Source: Macrostomum lignano
Taxonomy: Eukaryota
Direction of reading: 5' to 3'
Assembly (NCBI GenBank): GCA_002269645.1
Contig: NIVC01000091.1
Location: 1 to 34,470, forward strand
Length of the DNA: 34,470 nt
Part shown: positions 12,641 to 22,834 of the stretch, one piece after another
Layout: the number at the start of each line of letters is the position of its first letter
How positions within the stretch are numbered: position 1 is the first letter of the stretch
Made by a program: the position numbers and the translations under genes
Notes under the pieces: generated by a model
Database searches by the model: none
The model's input: the letters and a program-made list of their open reading frames with translations, nothing else
Told to the model about the DNA's origin: nothing

Positions 12641-12728
12641 GTGCAACCAACCCCCAAGACACAGAGTGTACATGCCCGACATGCTTTGTTGCGCCAGGTT
12701 GTAAACAAAATCTTTTATACCCTGCCAG

Positions 12729-13309
12729 GTCACATGCTAATATTTGGCGGCGAAACTCGAGACCAACGGACCACAGACCAGCTGTGGTCATTGCGACTGA
12801 CCTCGGAGACTTGGACTCCGGTACGATCTGTACAGCAGCAGCGCCAGCAACGGCCAAGAGGCACGGTGCATCACAGTCTGCTGTCATTATTTCCGCACTA
12901 TACTAAGCCATCTATTCAACAAGTTAATAGTCGGTCTAACAACGAAGGTCGCGAGTTCGAATCTTCTCATTATAATCGTCATCAATGTTCCGGAGCGGAA
13001 ATTGAATTGGCAACAATTAGGCAGCCGGGTGGAGGACCAGTTGATGCGGCAGCGACTTCGGCAGCTGACCCCGTCTCGTGGGCGTTCGCTAATCCGTCTC
13101 TGTCCGTTTCGTCGAGCTGCGGTTCTACGGTTGGCGGCGCTTCTGCGGCTTCCATCGGCGCTGACGATAATGAACTCGACGCTGAACCCGCTGCTGTTGA
13201 TGGCAGCGGCGGCGAGTTTGGCGCCTCGGTGCTGTGCCTTGGCGCCCAGGAGACCGGATTCAAACGTAGCCCGTTAGCTATCTGGCGAGGTTGTTTCAGT
13301 TTAACCTGA
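12729..13309 (+). CDS. Kelch-repeat protein, terminal exon C
   Basis: Acceptor TTTTATACCCTGCCAG/12729. The phase-1 join gives FHSACIVQ-G-HMLIFGGETRDQRTTDQLWSLRLTSETW, one intact kelch blade across the intron. Stop TGA at 13309, AATAAA near 13425. Confidence 0.88.
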
Positions 13310-13482
13310 AATTGTTGATCTGGGTGTTTTTTTTTAAAATACAAGTATATAAGATTCAAAAAGATTGTCAGTTAAATATTATAAATTGCTGATCAATTGA
13401 TCCATAAATTAATCAATCTTGCTCAATAAATTAAGGCAAAGTATTAACTGTGGGAGGCTTTCTTAGAATGCACGTGGTCGTG

Positions 13483-14287
13483 TCATGCTAAAAATCGATG
13501 GGGTCATGCTAAAAAAAGATGGAATCATGCTAAGAATAGATGGAATCATGCTAAGAATCGATGAGGTCACGCTAAAGAATAGATGGGGTCATGCTAAGAA
13601 TAGATGGGGTCATGCTAAGAATAGATGGGGTCATGCTAAGAATCGATGGGGTCATGCTAAGAATAGATGGGGTCATGCTAAGAATCAATGGGGTCATTTT
13701 AAGAATCAATGGGATCATGCTAAGAATCGATGAGGTCATGCTTAGAATCGATGAGGTCATGCTAAGAATCGATTAGGTCATGCTAAGAATAGATGGGGTC
13801 ATGCTAAGAATCGATGGGGTCATGCTAAGAATCAATGGGGTCATTTTAAGAATCAATGGGATCATGCTAAGAATCGATGAGGTCATGCTTAGAATCGATG
13901 AGGTCATGCTAAGAATCGATTAGGTCATGCTAAGAATAGATGGGGTCATGCTAAGAATCGATGGGGTCATGCTAAGAATCAATGGGGTCATTTTAAGAAT
14001 CAATGGGATCATGCTAAGAATCGATGAGGTCATGCTTAGAATCGATGAGGTCATGCTAAGAATCGATTAGGTCATGCTAAGAATAGATGGGGTCATGCTA
14101 AGAATGGATGGGATCATGCTAAGAATAGATGGGGTCATGCTAAGAATGGATGGGGTCATGCTAAGAATCGATTAGGTCATGCTAAGAATCGATTAGGTCA
14201 TGCTAAGAATCGATGGGTTCATGCTAAAAATCGATGAGGTCATGTAAAAAATTGGTGAGATCATGTCAAGAATCGATGGTGTCATGT
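13483..14287. repeat. 21-bp minisatellite (CATGCTAAGAATCGATGGGGT) with a 147-bp (7-unit) higher-order repeat
   Basis: The diagnostic variant CATTTTAAGAATCAATGGGAT occurs at 13695, 13842 and 13989. Confidence 0.95.
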
Positions 14288-14596
14288 ATTTTAGTGCACA
14301 TATTCCCTACGGATTATGTTTTAGTCGTTTTTTGTCACAAAAAGTCAAGTGCATGTATGCCCATATGTGTATTGATATATCGTATCATGAAATTGTAAAG
14401 TGGAATTTTATGCATATACATTGTGCCATCTTGATGCCATTTCCATAATTTACTGCTTAATTGCCTTAATTGCTATCTTAACGTGTGGCTAAATGTACTT
14501 AGTTTAAATGGCCAAGTGATTTGCGATTGAACTATGCATAAAGTAGCTCCTACTTGCACTCCAAATGAAGCTGGTGCTTCTACTTAATATCGTTTA

Positions 14597-14833
14597 TTGA
14601 ATTCCATCAATCACTGGGGGAATTCCATCAAGCAATGGGGGAATTCCATCAAGCACCGAGGGAATTCCATCGAGCAATGGGGGAATTCCATCGAGCAATG
14701 GGGGAATTCCATCGAGCAATGGGGGAATTCCATCGAGCAATGGGGGAATTCCATCGAGCAATGGGGGAATTCCATCGAGCAATGGGGGAATTCCATCGAG
14801 CAATGGGTAAATTCCATCAAGCACCGGGGGAAT
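14597..14833. repeat. 21-bp minisatellite (GGGGGAATTCCATCGAGCAAT), ~11 copies
   Basis: Seen directly. Explains four overlapping track ORFs. Confidence 0.95.
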
Positions 14834-15335
14834 CGCACACAATTGTTCACAAGTTATTAAAATTGGCCAATTAAACGTTTATTGCTTTTCTTGTGCCTTG
14901 TGTTATTGTGCAATAGCCCGATTATATAATATATAAGCGCGTAAAATTTTCAGTATTTTATATCGAAAGTGAATTATTTGTATTAACTTTTTGTTTTAAT
15001 TTTGCACATTTGCTAAGAACCTAAAGACAGCAAATTCTTTTTAAGTGATGTAAATGCTTCTAGAATAATTATTTACTGTAATAAAATCAGTTTGAAATTG
15101 TTCTGCTAAGAGGAAATTAAAAAAGAACAATTATTCATTAAATTATTTTCATCTCTTCAAATCGCCTATCTCAGGTTATGTCAGATGATCTTTTTAATTG
15201 ACTTAACACGATTCTTTGTTAAATTAATTCTTTATACTGTTTGTAAATACAATTTGACCTCCTTTTATGCAAAACTTTTACTGTAGAGTTTCTATTTTGC
15301 AAAAAAGACTTAATGAGTCTTTCTGTCCTTCTACA

Positions 15336-15370
<35 letters not shown>
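15336..15370. repeat. (GTCT)n microsatellite
   Basis: Seen directly. Confidence 0.9.
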
Positions 15371-15371
<1 letters not shown>

Positions 15372-15586
15372 TTTGGCCACTGCAACTTTTTAATTGAATC
15401 ACGTTTTTCCACAATAAATGATTTTTGCGTAATTCAAAAAATTATAATTCGTATATAAGATTGTTGATAAATATTTTCACTTTTTCTACTGTTGCCTTTC
15501 TGTTCAATTAATTCGGTTGTTATTATTGTAATAGCAGGTCTTACCATTCCCTATTCTATGCTCACTACCATCGGCTGTTATCTCAG

Positions 15587-15970
15587 TCTCCAGTTGCTGG
15601 GTCAGCCTCCCAGATCCTCAGTTGCTGGGCCACCAGCCTCCCAGATCCTCAGTTGCTGGGCCACCAGCCTCCCAGATCCTCAGTTGCTGGGCCACCAGCC
15701 TCCCAGATCCTCAGTTGCTGGGCCACCAGCCTCCCAGATCCTCAGTTGCTGGGCCACCAGCCTCCCAGATCCTCAGTTGCTGGGCCACCAGCCTCCCAGA
15801 TCCTCAGTTGCTGGGCCACCAGCCTCCCAGATCCTCAGTTGCTGGGCCACCAGCCTCCCAGATCCTCAGTTGCTGGGCCACCAGCCTCCCAGATCCTCAG
15901 TTGCTGGGCCACCAGCCTCCCAGATCCTCAGTTGCTGGGCCACCAGCCTCCCAGATTCTCAGATGCTGGG
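15587..15970. repeat. 31-bp minisatellite (GGGCCACCAGCCTCCCAGATCCTCAGTTGCT), ~12 copies
   Basis: Near-perfect tandem units ending ~70 bp upstream of the MRPL53 ATG. The unit length is not a multiple of 3. Confidence 0.95.
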
Positions 15971-16042
15971 TAGCAACTAAGCCCATAACACTAACTTTTG
16001 AATCGCTGCTGTATTCATGAGAATCCAATTTAAACAGTCAGC

Positions 16043-16459
16043 ATGGCAACTCGTTGGGGCTCCCTGCGACCGCACAAGACGGTGCCTTTTATCAAGTATT
16101 TTCGTAATCGCCTATCGGAGAATGACCAACAGATATCTCGGGACAAGCTGCGAAAATTCAATTTAAAACCAATTTCCGGCTTTCGATTCGAATACGACCC
16201 GTTTAATCCGCAGTCGGCTTCTTTAAGAAAACTGTGCAGCGTATTGCACACGCCGCGATGGCGAGCCAGCAATCTGGAGTGTCCCTGTCAGGTTGTCATT
16301 CGGGGCGATCGATCAGAGCCGACCCTTCTCGTCTCGTATTTCGACGGCCAGTCGCTGTTAGTTAAGACAGGCAATTTCAGTCTGGCAGATTTGGTGGAGT
16401 TAATTCAACGCCAGACTGATCTGCACGTGACCGATGCTGCTTCGCCTGCTTCTAGTTGA
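16043..16459 (+). CDS. MRPL53: 39S mitochondrial ribosomal protein L53 (mL53), single coding exon
   Basis: NLKPISGFRFEYDPFNPQSASLR...ASNLECPCQVVIRGDRSEPTLLVSY...LVKTGNFSLADLVELI matches the mL53 pattern (NLKxV..I.F.FDPF...S.R...TN..C......DRS.P). Start context GCATGG. Confidence 0.85.
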   Translation: MATRWGSLRPHKTVPFIKYFRNRLSENDQQISRDKLRKFNLKPISGFRFEYDPFNPQSASLRKLCSVLHTPRWRASNLECPCQVVIRGDRSEPTLLVSYFDGQSLLVKTGNFSLADLVELIQRQTDLHVTDAASPASS

Positions 16460-16536
16460 CTTCTTTGCAACTTGATATGATGCTTTCTTGCTTACATTTG
16501 TGCGTTTGCTATCCTTGTTTGCGATACTGGTTTGGT

Positions 16537-16712
16537 GTCCCATCTGTAGATCATTGGGTATGTTACACTGTCCCATCTATAGATCATTGGGTATGTTACA
16601 CTGTCCCATCTATAGATCATTGAGTATGTTACACTGTCCCATCTATAGATCATTGAGTATATTACAGTGTATAATCTATAGATCATTGGGTATGTTACAC
16701 TGTCTAATCTAT
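16537..16712. repeat. 33-bp minisatellite (GTCCCATCTATAGATCATTGGGTATGTTACACT), ~5 copies
   Basis: Seen directly, just 3' of MRPL53. Confidence 0.9.
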
Positions 16713-17126
16713 AGGCCATTACAGTGCTCTTCTATGCTAGAGTTTTTGTTCAAAAATACACCGACTAAATTAATTTTGGTGAAGCATTTTGTCATCTAAC
16801 AAAGTCCTAATAGTTGGTTTTCATACTGAAATTTATGTTTTTGTGTTTATTTAAAACCTCCTTTTATTTACTTTTTATACAGATGGGTACAGCTTAAGTT
16901 TATAATGTTGTACGCGGTTAGGTAGAATGTATGCTTGTCTTCTCTCTGTCTTCAGGTCATCGAAAAGTATCAAGTACGACCTAGAAAATGTCGATTATAA
17001 TTTGTTTTCATTTAAATTTACTGTTTTCGACAAAATTCATGAGGCCATCAACTTTTAATGACGTCACAATGACCTCGTGAATCGTCACCTGCGGAAAGCA
17101 GAGAATAATTAATAATCAAAGACACG

Positions 17127-18080
17127 ATGGCTCGTCGTTCAGACTGTTTTATAGGCACGATTCTGTGCCTCAACATCCTGGTATCCGTAGCCATTGTTGG
17201 CGTTAACAAATACGTCTATACGCATTACGGCTTTCCCAATTTGACTCTAACAATGATACACTTTGTTGTCACTTTTCTTGGCCTGCTAATCTGCAGATTG
17301 TTTGGCATTTTCCGCCCGAAAAATCTCCCGGTGCTTCGTATGCTGCCTCTGTCCCTCACCTTCTGCGGCTTTGTCGCCTTGACAAATCTTAGTCTGCAAT
17401 TCAACACTGTGGGCACCTATCAGGTGTTAAAGACTTTAACTACGCCCTGCATTATGACTATTAATGCCGTAGCTTATGGCAAACCATCATCCTGGCGTCT
17501 GCGTCTCACTTTTTTACCGGTTGTTGTTGGTGTTGCTTTGAATTCGCACTACGATTTAAAATTTAGCCCAATAGGTATGGCATTTGCCGCGGCTGGCGTG
17601 CTTGTGACGTCGCTTTACCAAATCTGGGTTGGCACTTTCCAGTCTAATTTGCAGTGCGACTCTGCTCAGCTGCTGTTCTATCAGGCGCCTTTGTCTGCTC
17701 TGCTTCTACTGCCACCGATTGCTTATTTTGAGCCACCATCGAGTGTCAGTTTGACTCTGAGCAGTCAGGCTGTCGGCATGGTTGGCCTGTCGGCTGGCAT
17801 CGCCTTCCTTGTTAATTTGTCCATCTATTGGATCATTGGCAATACGTCAGCTCTAACCTATAATATGGCCGGACATCTGAAATTCTGTTCGGCTCTCACT
17901 TTGGGCTACCTGATATTTAACGATCCAATATCGTTAGAACAAGTCATGGCTATACTACTAGTCTGCTTAGGTGTGTTCGCTTACTCTTGGGTTAAACTAC
18001 GAGAGGACATCGTTGCTAAGGCGGCTACCCAGCTGCCCACGACAGCATTGGGTCAGCAGTCAGTGAAGTCTGCTGCTTGA
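17127..18080 (+). CDS. SLC35E3: Solute carrier family 35 member E3 (nucleotide-sugar/TPT-family transporter), single coding exon
   Basis: 317 aa with ~10 hydrophobic segments. Motifs NKYVY...GFPNLTLTMIHF, FCGFVALTNLSLQFNTVGTYQVLK, QLLFYQAPLSA, LVNLSIYWIIGNTSALTYNMAGHLKF. Confidence 0.95.
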   Translation: MARRSDCFIGTILCLNILVSVAIVGVNKYVYTHYGFPNLTLTMIHFVVTFLGLLICRLFGIFRPKNLPVLRMLPLSLTFCGFVALTNLSLQFNTVGTYQVLKTLTTPCIMTINAVAYGKPSSWRLRLTFLPVVVGVALNSHYDLKFSPIGMAFAAAGVLVTSLYQIWVGTFQSNLQCDSAQLLFYQAPLSALLLLPPIAYFEPPSSVSLTLSSQAVGMVGLSAGIAFLVNLSIYWIIGNTSALTYNMAGHLKFCSALTLGYLIFNDPISLEQVMAILLVCLGVFAYSWVKLREDIVAKAATQLPTTALGQQSVKSAA

Positions 18081-18177
18081 TTGTGACGCGATTGCCTTGC
18101 AATTTATCTTATCCGAGAGCAACAAGTAGCTAAAGAGGGCGTAACGCACAGAAACGATTGACAATCATTTGAAGGTC

Positions 18178-18285
18178 TGATAGATAGATTAAGGTAGATA
18201 GATAGATAGATACATAGATACAGAGATAAATAGATAGATAGTTAGATAGATAGACGTATGGATAGATAGATGAACGGATAGATAA
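18178..18285. repeat. Degenerate (GATA)n microsatellite
   Basis: Seen directly. Confidence 0.85.
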
Positions 18286-18875
18286 ATACTTACTTTGCCT
18301 CCTTTGCTGTGTCTTCTTGATCCTTGAAGCTGTGTAATCACTATATGCATAGCACTCTGTATGCTTTTTTATCTGTAAAGCTTTGGTAGTTATTTCTTTG
18401 TTCATGTTTATTAACTTAAAGATTTTTTTCTGTTTTCGGATTCAAAAAACAATTCAGACTTCTACAGCTCAAGTATTAATCTTATTATAAAGTTTTAGTT
18501 GAAATGCTATAAAACTTTTATTTGACGTTAGAATTGAAGGTTCAGTGCCAATGGTTATTGGTTTCGCAAAGTATATTTCCTTGTATGTGTTCATTGTCAT
18601 GCTAATTAATTGTTAAAAGATAGTTTTTGGGATTTTTATCGATGTTTCCTCTCTTTATTGGGAATTCATTCTGTTGCTTTTCAACTGTCTTTTAGTCTGG
18701 GTTGTTGTTTTTACGAGTATATAATTTTTCCGACAAAACTCAAAGTTTGAACATTATATGACTAAAATAAAATATATATGCGCCTCTTTCTTACGTTTGT
18801 CATTTTGTTATAGATTAATCAAAAAAATGCATAGCATTTCGTTGGCTCTTATTTAATTTGATTATAAAGCAATAG

Positions 18876-18948
18876 TTAATTATCATTAGATTTCAGCACT
18901 TTAGCAGTATATGACGTCAGTAACACGTTTATTTCGTCACAGAAACTG
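18876..18948 (-). CDS. Small secreted protein, coding exon 4 (terminal)
   Basis: Tandem AAG/CAG acceptors (exon start 18948 or 18945), phase 2, reading (N)SFCDEINVLLTSYTAKVLKSNDN* with TAA ending at 18876. Confidence 0.65.
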
Positions 18949-19014
18949 CTTTTCAAAAGATCGTGAGTTCGTGTTATGCTTAGTCTTAAACTAAATCAAT
19001 ACCTGGATTCTTAC

Positions 19015-19073
19015 TTAATGGAATTTTCGAAATGGCAATAGACTTTCTCTTCCAATTCATCATAAAGAATGTT
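19015..19073 (-). CDS. Small secreted protein, coding exon 3
   Basis: Acceptor TTCTTTACAACCAG, NILYDELEEKVYCHFENSI, donor AA/GTAAGA. Phase 0 in, phase 2 out. Confidence 0.72.
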
Positions 19074-19098
19074 CTGGTTGTAAAGAAGTTACTTTTTG

Positions 19099-19965
19099 AA
19101 ACGGATTCCGTCAGACAGCCACTTCTTGGCACGGATTCCATGCGACAGCCACTTCTTGGCACGGATTCCATGCGACAGCCACTTCTTGGCACGGATTCCA
19201 TGCGACAGCCACTTCTTGGAACGGATTCCATGCGACAGCCACTTCTTGGCACGGATTCCATGCGACAGCCACTTCTTGGCACGGATTCCATGCGACAGCC
19301 ACTTCTTGGAACGGATTCCATGCGACAGCCACTTCTTGGCACGGATTCCATGCGACAGCCACTTCTTGGAACGGATTCCGTCAGACAGCCACTTCTTGGC
19401 ACGGATTCCATGCAACAGCCACTTCTTGGCACGGATTCCATGCGACAGCCACTTCTTGGAACGGATTCCATGCGACAGCCACTTCTTGGAACGGATTCCA
19501 TGCGACAGCCACTTCTTGGCACGGATTCCATGCGACAGCCACTTCTTGGAACGGATTCCGTCAGACAGCCACTTCTTGGCACGGATTCCATGCAACAGCC
19601 ACTTCTTGGAACGGATTCCATGCGACAGCCACTTCTTGGAACGGATTCCATGCGACAGCCACTTCTTGGCACGGATTCCATGCGACAGCCACTTCTTGGA
19701 ACGGATTCCGTCAGACAGCCACTTCTTGGCACGGATTCCATGCAACAGCCACTTCTTGGCACGGATTCCATGCGACAGCCACTTCTTGGCACGGATTCCG
19801 TCAGACAGCCACTTCTTGGCACGGATTCCATGCAACAGCCACTTCTTGGCACGGATTCCGTCAGACAGCCACTTCTTGGCACGGATTCCGTCAGACAGCC
19901 ACTTCTTGGCACGGATTCCGTCAGACAGCCACTTCTTGGCACGGATTCCGTCAGACAGCCACTTC
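19099..19965. repeat. 30-bp intronic minisatellite (ACGGATTCCATGCGACAGCCACTTCTTGGC), ~29 copies
   Basis: Occupies almost all of the 903-nt intron 19976-19074. Explains the five long track ORFs at 18986-20010. Confidence 0.97.
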
Positions 19966-19976
19966 GACTCGCTTAC

Positions 19977-20035
19977 AATTCCCAACTCGTCCATTGAATC
20001 TGTGACATAGTGAGCCTCAGACTCAAGCCCCAGTG
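19977..20035 (-). CDS. Small secreted protein, coding exon 2
   Basis: Acceptor CTAACTCATTTCAG, (A)LGLESEAHYVTDSMDELGI, donor ATT/GTAAGC. Phase 1 in, phase 0 out. Confidence 0.72.
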
Positions 20036-20127
20036 CTGAAATGAGTTAGTGATGTAAAACTCATTTGTGTTATTAAAAAACGTGACTAAATCATTTAGTA
20101 TCAAATGTACTTTTTTGCTTTACTCAC

Positions 20128-20173
20128 CGCTAAAAGCAGAGATGAGCAACAAAGTGGCGAAAACAAAGTTCAT
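20128..20173 (-). CDS. Small secreted protein, coding exon 1 (signal peptide)
   Basis: ATG 20173 MNFVFATLLLISAFS with an in-frame TAA upstream and donor G/GTGAGT. A candidate 5'-UTR intron spans 20307-20211 (GTAAGA...TCTTTAG). Confidence 0.72.
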
Positions 20174-20722
20174 ATTGCTTTTGGGCAAGATTTATAATGA
20201 TCTCGCTATCCTAAAGATGATGATTTGCGGTCTTTTTATGTCGATAATACTTATTGGGGAAATTCTACAGCATTGAATGGTGACAAAATGTATAATTTTA
20301 CTCTTACTTCGTCTCAAATCGTCTGTTGCCAGATTCTGCAAAGCTCAAGCTGCATTATTGTACGCTGTCTAAATATATTTTTTTCAGTTGATTCTGCCAC
20401 AGTTATTAACTATAAGCCGTTTCATTGGGTCTCTCGCTCTACCTTAAAAGAGTGTTTCTCGTTCTATCATTGGCCAATCAGAATTCTCCAGACACTTTAG
20501 GTTTGCAGCTCCTAAATTCTGACTACATTTAGATACTCGTATGTGTCAGTTATTGATTTTAGTCGATCGTATACAATCGTATAAATCATTAGTTATACGA
20601 GTACCGTAAACTGGTAACTTCGGTACATGTATCTAGTAGGATTCTGTAATTCTGTTGAAACGGCTTATTGATACGCACTGCATCGCTATTCAAAAACATT
20701 TTAGTGTGTTTACCTGTCGCTT

Positions 20723-22079
20723 AGTCAATTGAAATGGCACTCAGTCAAATTGAAATGGCATTCAGTCAAATGAAATGGCACTCAGTCAATTAAAGTGGCA
20801 CTCAGTCAATTGAAATGACACTCAGTCAATTAAAATGGCACTCAGTCAAATTGAAATGGCACCCAATCAAATAAAATGGCACTCAGTCAAATGAAGTGGC
20901 ACTCAGTCAAATGAAATGGCATTCAGTCAAATGAAATGGCACTCAGTCAAATTGAAATGGCATTCAGTCAAATGAAGTGGCACTCAGTCAAATTGAAATG
21001 GCACTCAGTCAAATGAAATGACACTCAGTCAATTGAAGTGGCACTCAGTCAAATGAAATGGCACTCAGTCAAATGAAATGACACTCAGTCAATTGAAGTG
21101 GCACTCAGTCAAATGAAATGGCACTCAGTCAAATGAAATGACACTCAGTCAATTGAAGTGGCATTCAGTCAAATGAAATGGCACTCAGTCAAATGAAGTG
21201 GCACTCAGTCAAATGAAATGGCACTCAGTCAAATGAAATGGCACTCAGTCAAATGAAATGACACTCAGTCAATTGAAGTGGCACTCAGTCAAATGAAATG
21301 GCACTCAGTCAAATGAAATGGCATTCAGTCAAATGAAATGGCACTCAGTCAAATGAAATGACACTCAGTCAATTGAAGTGGCACTCAGTCAAATGAAATG
21401 GCACTCAGTCAAATTGAGTGGCACTCAGTCAAAAAAATGGCATTCAGTCAAATAAAATGGCATTCGGTCAAATAAAATGGCACTCAGTCAAACAAAATGG
21501 CACTCAGTCAAATGAAATGGCACTCAGTCAAATGAAATGACACTCAGTCAATTGAAGTGGCACTCAGTCAAATGAAATGGCACTCAGTCAAATAAAATGG
21601 CATTCAGTCAAATTGAGTGGCACTCAGTCAAACAAAATGGCACTCAGTCAAATGAAATGACACTCAGTCAAATAAAATGGCACTCAGTCAATTGAAGTGG
21701 CACTCAGTCAAATGAAATGGCACTCAGTCAAATGAAATGGCCCTCAGTCAAATAAAATGGCACTCAGTCAATTGAAGTGGCACTCAGTCAAATGAAATGG
21801 CATTCAGTCAAACAAAATGGCACTCAGTCAAATTGAAATGGCACTCAGTCAAATTGAGTGGCATTCAGTCAAACAAAATGGCACTCAGTCAAATAAAATG
21901 GCACTCAGTCAATTGAAATGGCACTCAGTCAAATTGAGTGGCACTCAGTCAAACAAAATGGCACTCAGTCAAATAAAATGGCACTCAGTCAATTGAAATG
22001 GCACTCAGTCAAATGAAATGGCACTCAGTCAATTGAAATGGCACTCAGTCAATTGAAGTGGCACTCAGTCAAATGAAAT
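20723..22079. repeat. 20-bp minisatellite (GAAATGGCACTCAGTCAAAT), ~67 copies
   Basis: Seen directly. Confidence 0.97.
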
Positions 22080-22125
22080 GTACCGGGGACTGATATATAT
22101 ATATACAATAATTTCTATTTTGCAG

Positions 22126-22713
22126 GTAATGCCATGTGCAACAAGTTCTTTTACAAAGGACGCTAAAACACCTCAACTTCAAAACACCTCAACAAGCTTC
22201 AACGATCTTCTCAAAGGAAGAATGCGAGATACGTGTGGATATCTAGCTCGTTGCAAGTAGCTAATTTGTTTTATCACCCCATCAACCATGCATGCCAGTA
22301 AGACATGAAAGTTCTGGAAAAATTTCACAAAACTTAAACAATATTTCGGTCGTATTACTTAGGCTCTTCCGCCTGTCAACAATATTCCATGTTATAATTC
22401 TATTGAATAAAACTTTCGTTGCATTCAGAGGTGGGAAGCACTGTTGTCTGAAATAGAATTAGGTGACAGTGACATCTTGTAAGCACGCAGATGGGTGGTT
22501 GAGCTCGTGTCGAAGTGCTCAAGCTACTTCTCTATATCGCGATATCCCCCCCTAGCTCATTCAGGCCTGACTCAAGAGGGCTTCAATCGATCTTACCTGC
22601 ATGGACTCCGAACAGGTGAATATTGTGTACGAGCGTAGCTCCCCAATGCATAGCTAATCTATTTATAATGCATTCATACACGCAGTTTCACATGCTCATA
22701 TAACTGTTCGTGA
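22126..22713 (+). other. Possible small spliced transcript (three short GT-AG introns)
   Basis: Candidate introns 22298-22428, 22479-22564 and 22616-22685 give a phase-consistent 44-aa ORF from ATG 22292. There is also a strong acceptor at 22125. No homology recognised. Confidence 0.25.
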
Positions 22714-22834
22714 ATGGGTCAACTTATGATTAATCAGTGATAATCGGTCTCAGATCGTGAATTGGTCAACACAATCAGTGATGATTGGTACGTGTGTACA
22801 TGAGTAAATTCCTACATGTAAATTATTTCCGAAT

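Noticed and set aside
12482-12728. N-terminal part of the 275-aa ORF
   Set aside because: It is made of SINE fragments. The kelch blade is completed only by splicing to 12729.
6719-16799. Repetitive ORFs over the 18-, 24-, 21-, 31- and 33-bp arrays
   Set aside because: They are open on both strands or several frames at once and have no unique coding flanks.
18986-20010. Five long repeat-protein ORFs on both strands
   Set aside because: The 30-bp unit is stop-free in several frames by chance, and the array lies inside a phase-consistent intron.
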